From assembly GCF_009914755.1 (NCBI RefSeq), contig NC_060939.1: a stretch of DNA of 64,000 nucleotides, one strand, 5' to 3'. Below, piece after piece: positions 31,681-45,678 of this stretch. The DNA comes from the human T2T-CHM13v2.0 reference genome, Homo sapiens. Under the pieces are notes generated by a model. It was not told the origin of the DNA and made no database searches. It worked only from the letters and a program-made list of their open reading frames with translations. How positions within the stretch are numbered: the first letter of the stretch is position 1; each line of letters starts with the position of its first letter. The translations under genes and the position numbers were made by a program.

Positions 31681-32697
31681 ACTGAATGAAATTTTTTTAA
31701 TTTTAGAACTAGAAAAACATATTATCTTAGAAACTGATAAACTTCTTAACAAACAATAGCTTCAATCATTTGAAACATTTTACATTAAAAAGGAACTCTT
31801 GGTTTTAAAAAATAGGGGCCCCTATAGTCTAGACTCCGCTGGACACTAACACTCCTGGGAATGTCTGTAGCGTATATTACTCTCTACAGGATATTGATCG
31901 TGTTTTGATTTGACTAGTTGGATGCTTAGGAAGGAGTCCACCAATTCCATGGACTTTAACCATAGCTCCCAAGGATGTCAGTGTACTAACAACGAACTGC
32001 TTTGTTCAGTTACCCAGCCTATTGCATGCCAACTCAGCGATCTTGTAATTAGGTACCATTCAGGCTACTCTGACTTAGCCTGGAAGAGTAGAAGTAAATA
32101 AATGTGTTAACAGTCTGAGTCCTTAAAGTTATAGACTTACTTAATGTAAACCTCAGCTGACAACAGTTTTCTAAATGGTTCTTCAAACTTCCAAAGACTT
32201 TGGTTTGAAGCATGATGGTGAAACATATAACATCTTCCCCTTTAAGACAATCCTCTGGTCAATCTGGAAACAATACTTAGAACCAAATGGAAAATTAAAC
32301 CATTGGGAGGTGGTGGAAAACCATCTAGCCACGATCAGTTCAAAGTCCGGATGCTTAAATGATGCAAAACACTCTGTTATAGATACTATACAGGACAGAT
32401 TATCAAAATAAAGAGTTGATAATAACATTTATGCAAACAAAAAGCAGTCATATGAAGAAAACCATGGTTATAATAAATGACCTCATGGAGATAGCAAATT
32501 TCAAGTCTTTCCCACTATGAATACTGCAAGAAGGTAACCATGGTTATAAAAAAAAGTCCCCATGGAGATAGCAAAAAATAGTAGTAAAAAATTTCTACTA
32601 GTAGTGGTAAAAAAAATTACTACTATGAGTACTACCAGAAGGTAAAATTAGCTGACATCATTTATAATGTCATATATCTGGTCTACTGGTGTATCAT

Positions 32698-33082
32698 TGT
32701 ATTAGTCCATTTTCACGCTGCTAATAAAGACATACCTGAGACTGGGTAATTTACAAAGGAAAGAAGTTTAATGAACTCACAGGTCCACATGCCTGGGGAG
32801 GCCTCACGATCATGACAGAAGATGAAGGAAGAGCAAAGAGATGTCTTACATGGCAGAGGGAAACAATTTGTTTAGGGGAACTATCAACTCCCCTTTATAA
32901 ATGAGAGTTCCCCTCTAGAAAACCATCAGGTCTCCTGAGACTTACTATCACGAGAACAGCATGGGAAAGACCTGCCCCCATGATTCAATTACCTCCCACC
33001 AGGTCCCTCCCACGACACGTGGGAATTATGGGAGTTACAATTCAAGATGAGATTTGGGTGGGGACATAGCCAAACCATATCA
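32698..33082 (-). mobile_element. THE1C-like MaLR solo LTR
   Basis: tgtattagtccattttcacgctgctaataaagacatacctgagactggg...caaaccatatca; perfect 5-bp TSD ATCAT. Confidence 0.9.
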
Positions 33083-35220
33083 ATCATAAACTGAAATTTT
33101 TAGGTGGGTGAGAAATATTACCAGAAATACATCCATAACACCTACAACTGCACAAAACCACACACACACATATTTTACAGTGTAGTACTTTCCTTTTCTC
33201 TTATAAATTCTTTGTTAGAAGTTTACCAAGATGGAATGCATAGTTTTATCTGAGACAAGCAGCCATTTAACATGTGCAAAGTAAAGAGATAAGCACTAGA
33301 CACCCCAACTAACAACATGAAGGGGAGCATCCTGAGGAGAATTAGAAATGAGGTTGAAAAAGGAATATCATTAAGGCCGCCATCTTGTGTCAAATTACAA
33401 CTCTTGATTCAACCCCGTGCTTGGTTGAATAATGGACAATTTTTGAGAAACTATATTGACACCTCTGTCTTTAAAAACTGAGGATGGCATGAACACAAGT
33501 TGCCTCACTTTAATGTGGAAACAGGGATACGTAGCTCTACTGGCCTAATTGTGCAATTGCAATTTAATACAGGCTCCCAAATTTGACAATGATCAATGTG
33601 TTAGGTTATTATATGCTTTGTTAACAGAAAAGAAAAATGTGTTTATCTGTAAATCTTAGGCAGGGAAGAGTAATACATTCTCATTTTGTAACATTTATTT
33701 CCTCATAGAATTGGTTAAGTACTGTACTCAGTTTTTGTATCAGATTCAGTCAATAAAAACTCATTGATAGTCCATTACTACTTGACAAATTCTACTGTAA
33801 GGACTTTAGCTAGATCGTCCCAAGCCCCTGCCTGGTTGATATTTTTCTCCCCTCCATCTTTTCAACTTCATCGGAAGTGATACATTATAAACAAACATAT
33901 TTATCTTCCAGCTAATCCCAAATGGATGAAATAAAGAGCTTGACACCAATTTTAAGCTTTTCCTCTTTTCCTCTCCTAATCATTTATTGCAGAAGAAAAA
34001 TAGCCCTACAAAAATGGATTTTTACCACATGCTCAATAAATTCTAGGTGCATTTCTCTGATTCTCTGTCCCAGTACAAAATTCCTCTATCAAGATTAATA
34101 TTAAACTCAGCTCAAGGCTGAGCACCAGATTTGAGCAATGACAAATTTCTCACCATTTCCCCACAGATCTTTTACTTTGTCTGCCAAGTTGCGAATTTCA
34201 AGCTTGCCCTATAACCACACACAGAGGAAAAACGCTCCTATCAATGACAGTAAACCAAACTCTTTTGACCTCTGATTGACACAGGGATACAACTGGAGTT
34301 CTTGATGTGTTACTTGATTTTTTCATTCTGTGAAAAAAAATTTTTGTGCATTCTGCAAAATTTAGATAATTCATAGTGAAAGTCCAGTGTAGTGTCTTGA
34401 GAAGAGAACAAATAATCATATAAACATTTTTAGGTCAGTTGTACCAAAATTTTGCATTTCAATCAGTAAAATACATTTTTTAGATAATTTAAAAAATAAA
34501 ATAAACTGCAGATTCAAACTGTGTCAAGTACACTCATGTAAAATCCACCATTGACTATTAATTACATGATACAAATCTCAGAATAAGGGACCGTTTTTTT
34601 AAAAAGTGAATGTTAGCTTTAAGTACAACTCATGACATTACCCCTTTTCCTCTTATTTTAGTACAGATTCAACATGGACATATAACATTTTGCATCTCTG
34701 TTCTTGGGAGCAGTGGCATCAGTTGATAGAATAGAGCCTTCTGCCCATACAGATAAAAAGCAAGCAACCAGCAGACCTCGGCCCTGATCCCAGCATTTTC
34801 TTTGTTAAATAGATGACAATTCCATGAACTTGCCTTTTAGGCAAGACAAATCACTTTCCCTTCCGAAGCTCACCATTTTGTTTATATTGCGTGATCATTG
34901 TAGAGATCAAAGAAGATTGTGACATCCTAATTGGGTAAAAGAACATACCTACCAATAGGTATATTTGATGGGACAACTATCTTAAGTTATTTTTAGTTGT
35001 TCAGGTCGACTTTGATGAAGTGTCCACTTGACTGGTAGTCAAAAAACTGGAAATGAAAACAGTCCCCATTTAAACTCTTATCATTGCTATCTAAACAGCA
35101 TAGAATTATTGTGGACATTTTCACTTATAAGTTTTAATAAGTTAGCCGTGAACTCAAAATACTAAATCACAAAGAAGCCCATTACAAAAAGCAATCTGTT
35201 AAATTCCAACTACAAAACTC

Positions 35221-35473
35221 TCTATTTGTATTCACCCTTTGCTTTTGAAAAGATTATTTTACCTCATTTAAACATTTACTCCTGGAATTCTCAACATGAC
35301 CTTGATAGAGAAGACAATTTTTTTTGTCTTCTTTCCCTTCAGAATTTCACCATTTTGTTTACATTGCATGATCTATTTGTATTCACCCTTTGCTTTTGAA
35401 AAGACTATTTTACCTCATTTAAACATTTATTCCTGGAATTCTCAACATGACCTTGATATGCAAGACAATTTTT
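35221..35473. repeat. 102-bp direct repeat (35221-35322, 35372-35473) with a templated spacer
   Basis: The two copies differ at 5 positions by hand alignment. Confidence 0.95.
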
Positions 35474-36321
35474 CATTGACAAAAATTTCTTTGAGGCTTT
35501 GTGTACATGTATTGTTTGAGCTAGGCAAAATGTTCGCTCAAGAAAGCAACAGTAAAAGTTAATGACATTTTACTCAAATTAAATAAATTCCAAGAGCAAC
35601 TGCTGAATGTGAGGGCCTCATTTGTCATATTGTCTATTCTGTTTGGGGAGAACAGTTCCTCTTGTTCTATTTCGTTTTATTTGAGAACGTGTCTCAACTT
35701 CTCTCCCACTCAAGAACTCTGAAGTTTGAATTTGGCTTGCACTACCTTGCATTTCAGCCCTTCCCTGGATTTCTCTGGGGTTCTTTGGGTATGGCATGAA
35801 GCCATGTGCGGTCTCCTATGCAATCAGGTTATTGCCATGGGAGACTTTCCCTAATTGTGTTAGTCTATTGAGATTACAACCCTGCAAGTGCATATCTGGG
35901 CATCTAGGAAATAGGTATTAATATTTGATTGCTGAGTTTTTGTTCATGTATTCTTTAATCGATTAGAATTGTGGACCTTCTAAACAATGACCAGACATTG
36001 TACGTGCCAGTTTATATAGTGATGGAGAGGTGCCTCTCCTAACTCCAGACACCTGAGAGGCAATGAAAATTTACTAAGTAGTAGAGAGATCATGTAAGAC
36101 AGAAAAGGACGAGGGGTGCAAATGTATGCCCATTCCATTTCTGAATGCATTGCCTAACCAAAGTCCATTTGATTACTGTGATATTCACACCGTAGTTTTC
36201 AACCCTAGTTAATTGCAATTGTCCCAACATACACATACTCCCTCTTTAATTTTTTTCCATTGTACTTAACATCTTCATACACACTATATATTTATTTTTG
36301 TTGAAAGTCTAACTATAGTGC

Positions 36322-37113
<792 letters not shown>

Positions 37114-37599
37114 GTGCTTAATAAAGAGAACCTTGGAGCTTTTTTCAGCCTGATATGCCAGGAAAAATAATGAGACAATAAGGGTGCTATGAACTGAAAA
37201 AATATTATGTATATCCTAATATTTTCATAACATTAAGGATGATGTATTTCTTGATTTTTGGAAGAATTCGATCGTAAAACATCGGACCCAACGGTAAATT
37301 TGAGGGATAGACTTTTATTTACTGATTTAATATTTTAATGGTTAAAGGTCAATTCTGGTTTCTATTTCTTCTAGAGTCACATTTTTGGTAAGTTGTAATT
37401 AGAAAATTGGATAAATATAGCCAGAAATAATTTCTAGAAATGTATTCATTTGTCTCAGTTTTAAAGTAAATGATATAAATGTATTCATACTTTTCTCTTC
37501 TTATACCTGCATTATATCTCAAATTGTATCCCCTTTTTAGTTCATAGGTTTATTTATGCCTTTTCTTTCTCAATTTCATCAGAATTTTAACTTTATTAA

Positions 37600-37945
<346 letters not shown>

Positions 37946-38015
37946 GTACCTTTGATTTTTGTCTGATTTTTTTTTTTAAACTTTGTGTTCTAGTTTATTA
38001 GTTTGTTCTATTTTA

Positions 38016-38315
38016 ATTTTTTTTTTCTTTTTTTTAGAGACAGGTCTTCCTCTGCTGCCCAGGATGGAGTGCAGTGGTGTGATCATAGTTCACTGTAACC
38101 TCAGATTCCTGGGCTCAAAACATCTTCCTGCCTTAGCCTCCTAAGTAGCTAGGACTATAGACACGTGTCACCACAACCAGCTGATTTTTACATTTTCCAG
38201 AGACTGGGTCCTTGCTGTGTTGCCCAAGCTGGTCTCCAACTCCTGACTTCAAGTGATTCTCCCACTTCAGCCTTCCAAATTGCTAGGATTATAGGCATGA
38301 GCCACCCGACCTGTG
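38016..38315 (-). mobile_element. AluJ
   Basis: agagacaggtct...gatcatagttcactgtaacctc...tcctgggctcaa are AluJ diagnostics. Confidence 0.85.
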
Positions 38316-40029
38316 CTCATTTTTTCTTCCTACTGCCTTCTTTGGGTACAGTATTTTTTCCAAAAAATTTCTTGAGGTGGACACTAGCCCATTTATTCTT
38401 TCTTTTCCAATGCAAACATTTAAGACTCTAGCTTTAAATGTATCCCACAACTTTGAAAGGAAGCATTTCTATTATTGTCCATTTCTGAACAATTGCTTGA
38501 TTTCTGTGATGAATTCATCTTTGACCCGTGAGTTATTCAGAAGTATGTTTCATGTTTCCATGTGAATAGTTTTATTATTATTATTTTCTAATTTATTGTT
38601 ATTATAGATCAGGGTCTACATTATATTAATGCTGTAGTATCTACTAAAATTTGGTTTCTGGCCTAATGTGTGTGCTTGAGAGAAATGCTGCCTCCATATC
38701 CTGTGTCACTTTTTTCTAGTGGTTTTTGCATCTCCTTCTCATCAATTTCAAGATCTTTTGTACAGTTTAGAAATTAACACTTTCTCTGTTGTCAGGGTTG
38801 CAAACATATTTTTCCAAATCTGCTATTTTCCGCTGATTTTTTGAAATCATCTTTTACTGTATGAAAGTTTATGTTTAATATACACAGAATGAAATTTGCC
38901 TAGTGTTTTTTTAATGCTTATAGGATTCCATATTGCTCAAGCCACCTCTACCACCTTAAGTGTACACAGAGACTTCTATATATTCTTGTAGAATTTTTTG
39001 ACGTTTTTTCAAGGTGAGATTCAGGCTTGGGAAATAAATTTTATATCATTTCATATATTAAAAGACTTCTCAAAAAATGCAAACAGAAATGCAAAATTGG
39101 GTACAAAAGTGAATATTAGCTTAGAATGTGAAAGACAACCACAACAGAATACAAATTTGAATATGTTGACAAATACCTCCAACATCCAGTACATCTAGAA
39201 AGATGGTATACCTCTACTAAATAACTGCATGACCCTTGCCCCCACTGCTTTTATCTTCCTACAGTTTTTAGCTTTACATTTTTAATCTCTTCATATAATT
39301 GCAATTTTATAATATTTTCCACAGAGAGACTAAAGAGATAAGTTAGTCTTTCCTCTAGCAGAGTTTATCCAAATTTGTTTTATTATTGATAGTCAGGATG
39401 AATAAACCACAGGCATTTGGGCACGAACACAATCACTGCTTTAGGCCCATGGCACAATTGTCTTTCAAGCAGGAAATCTGAAAAATTACTTTACACTCAA
39501 TTCCCAGAAACAAAGAAAAAATATATGTGATGCATTTATAATTGTATACATTGTATTCTTAAGTTTATTCTTGAAAGGGTTATTTTGACTAAATATCAAT
39601 GGGAATTCCATCAATTCTGCCATCAGTTGTGTACATTTGACTATTTGAAGACATTTCCACAAATTGACTTCTGATTCGATATATGCCAAACCTTGTTTCT
39701 CTTCTACTATCCTTGTGCTTCCGGGGCCAGTTGCAGTAGGACGTGATCAGAGTATGGTACAAGCAAGGTCCTGTATCTTCATGAGAGAATGCTGAGTTGG
39801 GTCAATGATGTAAGCAGTACTAACATTCTGAAGGCCATTCCTACCCTAGGGTGGTTCCCAGTAATTAAACACAACCAGTAATTAAACACAAAACCACTAC
39901 AAAGCACGTACACCTCAATAAGCCCAAACTAAATGGATCCCGTTTTCAACCTTTCTGCTGCCAGAGCCTATAAGCCCTGATGGTGTTTCCAGTGCATTCT
40001 GTGAAGAGAGACATGGAAAGAAAAAGATG

Positions 40030-40141
40030 AGTTCTACCTTCCCAGTAGGTTTGCCGGGGACATTGCTGGTTTTAGGACTGAATGTCCCACATCCTGGGAA
40101 TTCTCTCAGTCCTAAACACACCAGGAAGACTCATTATTCTA
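40030..40141. mobile_element. MER81-like (hAT-Blackjack) MITE
   Basis: ggtttgccggggaca...ggttttaggactgaatgtcccacatcctgggaattctctcagtcc. Confidence 0.55.
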
Positions 40142-41133
40142 GGAGAAAGAGACAGTCATCTTAGCCATTGGTGGTTAAACTTGGCAACTTTTTATAAATG
40201 TATAACCTGTGGATGCACTGCTGGAGCTCTTCCTAGGGTATTAATAGTGACCCATGCAAGCAGGGGGCTTAACTTTAAGTGAGGGCCTGCAGCCGAAGTT
40301 CCAGTAGCCTCCTACGAAATCTGCTGGGTTTTTAATTCATCTTTATCTTCAAATCTTTAATTTAGCTGCAATTTATTTTCAACTCAGATTCTTTATATTC
40401 TTCCTAGTCTTCTTCCCTCTGGCTGTTGTGTTCCTTGGATGGCTACGTTTCTGTTGTAGCATTTTGTGACTCAGGTAACTGCCTTTGGGATCACCATGTG
40501 ATGAAGATTCTGTCAGAGATGGGAGTTGATGCAGTCACTCCCAGTGGGGTTAATGGAGTAGAAGAAAAGTTGCCCACCTCCCACTGAGGCACCTGGGGAA
40601 GTCTCTCTGCTACTGAGAACCCCAGCCTCAGGGAACCCACTCTCCACTCAGCAGCTTCTTAGCATCTTGGTGTCGGGAAACACAGAATTCACGTCCCATG
40701 CCCATGTTGCCCAGGGGTCCCCAGAATTCAGAGGTCCATGTTCTCCCGAGGATCTGCCACTTCATCTTCTTTGTTGCAGAGATCTCTGAGGCTCATTTCC
40801 AAGAACCCACATAATCCAAGAAAGAGGAAATCCCAGAGCAATTTGGCTTTGGTTTTTCTGCAATAGATCAAACAAAACATAACAAGCCTCACCTGCCCCT
40901 GACTGCCTTTTGCCCTGGGTGTACATATCCATGTGTTTGTGTGTGTGTGTGTGTGTGTGTATTAAATACATTTTCCTGCTGTTTCTATTCTTTCATTATC
41001 ATAACAGAAAGATAACAGAGCCTGAATAACACAAGACCCTGGAGACCTGTTAGATTAAAAGCTCATGGAGTGCTTTAACCAGTTTTATAGTTGTTATAAC
41101 GGTGACGAAAACATTCAGAGAGCTAAACCCACG

Positions 41134-41385
41134 GATATATATATATGTATGTGTATATATGTATGTATATATGTATGTATATATGTATATATGTATGTAT
41201 ATATGTATATATACATGTATATACGTGTATATATACATGTATATATATGTATATATACACGTATATACATGTATATATACATGTATATATATGTATGTAT
41301 ATATGTACATGTATATATATGTATATATACATGTATATATATGTATGTATATATGTACATGTATATATACACACATATTATATAT
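41134..41385. repeat. Compound TA/TATG/TACA microsatellite (~250 bp); (TG)n also at 40939-40960
   Basis: Direct reading. It explains the Y/I/M/C/H-rich ORFs on both strands. Confidence 0.95.
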
Positions 41386-42764
41386 AAGCCCTGTGATTTC
41401 TCATTTATAAATGAGGCCTATTATTTCTCATTTATAAATGATCCCAATGGTTTTTATCTCATCAGGCTGTTTTGAAGCATAAATAAATAAGCAGATGTTC
41501 ACATATCCAATACATGCGTAGTATAGACATAATACTACATGTGCAAGATCTGTCAGAGTAGATGAATGTGAATTCAGGTGTAGTTTCTGCTTGGGGTGAA
41601 GGAACGTTGGGAGGCTATACTGTTTCATGGGAAAAAACACAGGCAATGTTGTCACATCAACCTGGATTAAAACCATTACTTTATCACATACTAGTAAGCT
41701 TCTTAATCTATCTGGAACCCCTATGTATAAAATAAACTGAATACCTACTTAACAGAGTTGTTGTCGTGTAAAATGCTTGAATGCCCAGCAATTGAAGCAG
41801 ATTGGCATAGAGGGGCAGGGCCTGGGCAGAACAAGCATGTGAAGACCTCCTTCTGTGCCCCTTCAGCTCCTTGTCTCACCATAAACCTCAGAAATGCAAT
41901 GATGCTACCAAGAAAGCGTGCAGCAGCCACCACGAAAAGCTTTGATTTCCTCCTCTTTCTATTGCTCCTTCTCTCTCCTTGGGACTCACGCTAAGAACTT
42001 GAACTGTATGATTTCATATCACTTAAGGAAAAAAAAGGAATATTAGGGAGTTCAAGGGGCAGCCACTTGGCAAACATGAAAGCTTGCTTCGGAACATCTT
42101 TATAAGCCCCATTTTCATCCAGGTGCTCCTGAGAGCTGCCCCCTGCAGAGCTAACAGAGGCTTCAAGTCCACGCTGCTCATATCCCTTGGCAGCAATTAG
42201 AGAAACTGCCCTTCAACATGGGCTTTATTTTATCCTGTGATTGCTAGGGAGAGCTACAAACAGCATCCAGCAGGCAGCGATAGCATTACCTGTTATCATT
42301 GTCATTTTCTATTTCATTTATGTTCAACCGCCTTAAATACCGGAAAAGCAGTTTTACTTAAAAGGCTTGGCCCTGCACTTCCAGGTTTATCAGAATAAAG
42401 CAGAAACCAAGCTGGAGAGTTTTAAGGGCACAGGAAAAAAAATTAACACCGTTTGGAGACAGGAGGCTTTGAATTATAGTGGGCAAAGATAGCTGGGTTC
42501 TGCTTAAGACTTTAAGCATCCAAATAGGTGCATTTAAAATAAATGCCCCCACAGACTTCATCTGAACCCTCATGCCTTTTGTGATCAACATAAAGCAAGC
42601 CTCTCAGCAGTAGCTCTCATAAATTCCAAGGATTAATCCACACAGATTGCATTTGGGATACAACAGCAGGTTCGGATGAAGAGCGGGTAGTTTTGTCTGA
42701 ATGCTTTTCGCTCAGTTAGTAGCAGGACAGCTATCTGTTTTTTGAGACTTAAATTTGGAAATAA

Positions 42765-42975
42765 TAACTGTCATTTATTGGGTACTTTAATGGGCTAGGT
42801 GAGGCCTGTTCAAGGACTTTAGATGGAATTTCATTTAACTCGTACAAAATCTTGTAAGTAGCATTAAAGACGAAGAAATCAAGACTCAGAGAGATAATTA
42901 ACTTGCTGAAAATCAAATTGCTGGTAAGGAATGGAGAGCCAAAATTTAGGTAAGAAGGGATATCAGAGTCAAGGT
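42765..42975 (-). mobile_element. MIR SINE; other MIR remnants at ~41610-41790 and ~45975-46165
   Basis: catttattgggtactt...gaagaaatcaagactcagagagataattaacttgctgaaaatca...ctggtaag. Confidence 0.6.
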
Positions 42976-43039
42976 GACAGCAGATGTATCTTACTCAAAA
43001 ACATCATTCCTCTTCCACCAGGCCATACCTTTGACATAT

Positions 43040-43211
43040 GCAAAATAAATATTGCCAAATCTAAGATGCCATCAGTTGTGAGATGCTCTGTCATGTATCA
43101 TAAAGAAAAGACAAAAAAACTTGTCAATTAAACTGATTCCAAGACACATTCTAATTTCAGATGTAAAATGTGAGGAAAAAAGTGTTTTTAAAGAGCCGTG
43201 AAAAAATGGTA
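43040..43211 (-). mobile_element. MER104-like (TcMar-Tc2) fragment
   Basis: aatctaagatgccatcagttgtgagatgc...aatttcagatgtaaaatgtg...gtgaaaaaatggta resembles the reverse of MER104. Confidence 0.45.
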
Positions 43212-43358
43212 ATTAAAAAACTAGGCTTAAATGTAAACAACAAAAATGGTAATTAAAAACTAGGCTTAAATGTAAACAACAAAAATGGTAAGTAGAAAAC
43301 TAGGCTTACATGTAAACAAAAAAATGGTAATTAAAAAAACTAGGCTTAAACGTAAACA
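43202..43358. repeat. Minisatellite, four units of ~39-40 bp (aaaaatggtaattaaaaactaggcttaaatgtaaacaac)
   Basis: Direct reading of four consecutive units. Confidence 0.95.
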
Positions 43359-43469
43359 GTAAAGAAGTAATACGCAGGCCTAGCTGGAGGGCAGATTGAT
43401 GATACACAAGGCACATTCTTGTTACCTCTGCTTTCTCCGAAGCTGAGAATAAAATCCAGATTCAATCAT

Positions 43470-43504
43470 TGCCGTTTCTGTATTCTACCTGCAGGGGGCA
43501 GTGC
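43470..43504 (+). promoter_or_regulatory. Candidate CTCF site with upstream motif
   Basis: Core CCTGCAGGGGGCAG at 43488-43501; TGCCGTTTC (similar to TGCAGTTCC) ends 9 nt before the core. Confidence 0.5.
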
Positions 43505-43904
43505 AGGCTACTGTATGTGGCCTTTGGCCTCACTGGGAAAGGGTTTCAGAGGATCAGGGGCAGTTGGAGAAATTTTTTTCACTTCTTTTATTTGTATTTG
43601 CTGTTTCTGAACTGATTTGAATCACAGTGTCATTTCTGTTGCGCTTTCCTTCTCCTTCTTCTCCTCTCTGATGTCTTCTCTCTCCGCATTTACTCTTTTT
43701 CTCCCAAGATTCCCAAAGTCTGAAACAGCTCTACTTGCAGTGAAAAGAAATGCGTCCCCCTTTTCCTTGCACTTCTAATCAGACGTTGACGGATTAGCTA
43801 AAGGCGGGGGGAAGCTGGTGTCCTGATTATTCTATGTGCCCATTTATCTGGAGAATGTTTCTCAGGTAGATCTTCCTACCTCTTGATGTACTTGATGAAA
43901 TCTA

Positions 43905-44388
43905 TTTCTATCACTTTCCTCCTAAAACCCTCAAATACCCCGTCAAATCCCATAGGATAAGTCTAAGCATGGAAATCTATCTTAGCCTGTTTCTCCTACC
44001 CTGTTCTGCACCACTACACCAGGCTGCAGCCCGTGAACACATACTGTGTCCATTCCCAACTCCGGGCCTTCACTTATGGCTGCCTTCTCTCTGAAATGTC
44101 CTTCCCCTATTCTCTGCTCATAAAACATCATGCTCACTCATCCCTCAAAACTCAGTTCAAGTTCCTTAGTGAAACCTTCTCTCACTTGAACTTCACAGCC
44201 TTCCACATACATCCCAACCATCTTAGCAGCCTTCTGTGCACAAGCTCATTGGCAGGCTGTCACTCTAGCAGCTATCAATGTGGCAATCTTCCTCTTTCGT
44301 TCTTATTTATATCTGTTTTCCCATTACATAGCACAGGGCTGGAATGATGGTAGGTACTCAATTCATATTTATTAAATTCATAATCGAA
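43905..44388 (+). mobile_element. L2 3' fragment
   Basis: cacttt.cctcctaaaaccctcaa...cactcatccctcaaaactcagttcaa...agcacagggctgg...ggtaggtactcaattcatatttattaa. Confidence 0.65.
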
Positions 44389-44404
44389 TGGCTCTTTTCT
44401 AAAA

Positions 44405-44819
44405 TACACTACTTCTGATATATCCTAGGTAAGTTATCTTTAACTTGTACACATTTAGGTCACCCGGAAAGCTCTTGAAACTCCTCATAAACAGACCCCA
44501 CCCCAGACCAATGAAACCAGAACTTCTGTGGATGTAGCCCAGGCATGAGCATCTTTGAAAGTTCTCCAGCTTTCAAGACGCAACCAAGGCTTAGAATTAC
44601 TGCCATTGCAGTGATTTACAAAATGTGGTCCCAAGGCCAGCCATATCAACCTTTTATGGTAAAGGCAAATTTTTAGGACTCACCCAAAACCATAAATGCA
44701 GAAATGGCTGGGGAGTTTGGGAGTGGTGGCTGGGGGGCGGGGGGGGGGGCAGGGTAGCAATCTGTATTTTAAGAGACCATTTATTTAGTCAACGCATACT
44801 ACAGTGTAAGAACCACTGC
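44405..44819. mobile_element. MER5B and MER5A-like MITEs
   Basis: tcacccggaaagctcttgaaa...ccccaccccagacc...agaattactg, then cagtgatttacaaaatgtggtcc...agaaccactg. Confidence 0.55.
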
Positions 44820-44824
44820 CTCGT

Positions 44825-45678
<854 letters not shown>

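Noticed and set aside
31875-32060. Possible coding exon after the acceptor-like tactctctacag
   Set aside because: All three frames hit a stop within eight codons.
39800-39835. C/D box snoRNA (atgatg...ctga)
   Set aside because: Imperfect C box, under 30 nt between boxes, and no terminal stem.
41050-41475. Six overlapping ORFs of 80-136 aa on both strands
   Set aside because: Artefact of the TA/TATG/TACA microsatellite, which lacks stop codons.
43202-43358. CRISPR-like array
   Set aside because: Units are contiguous with no unique spacers, and the DNA is primate.
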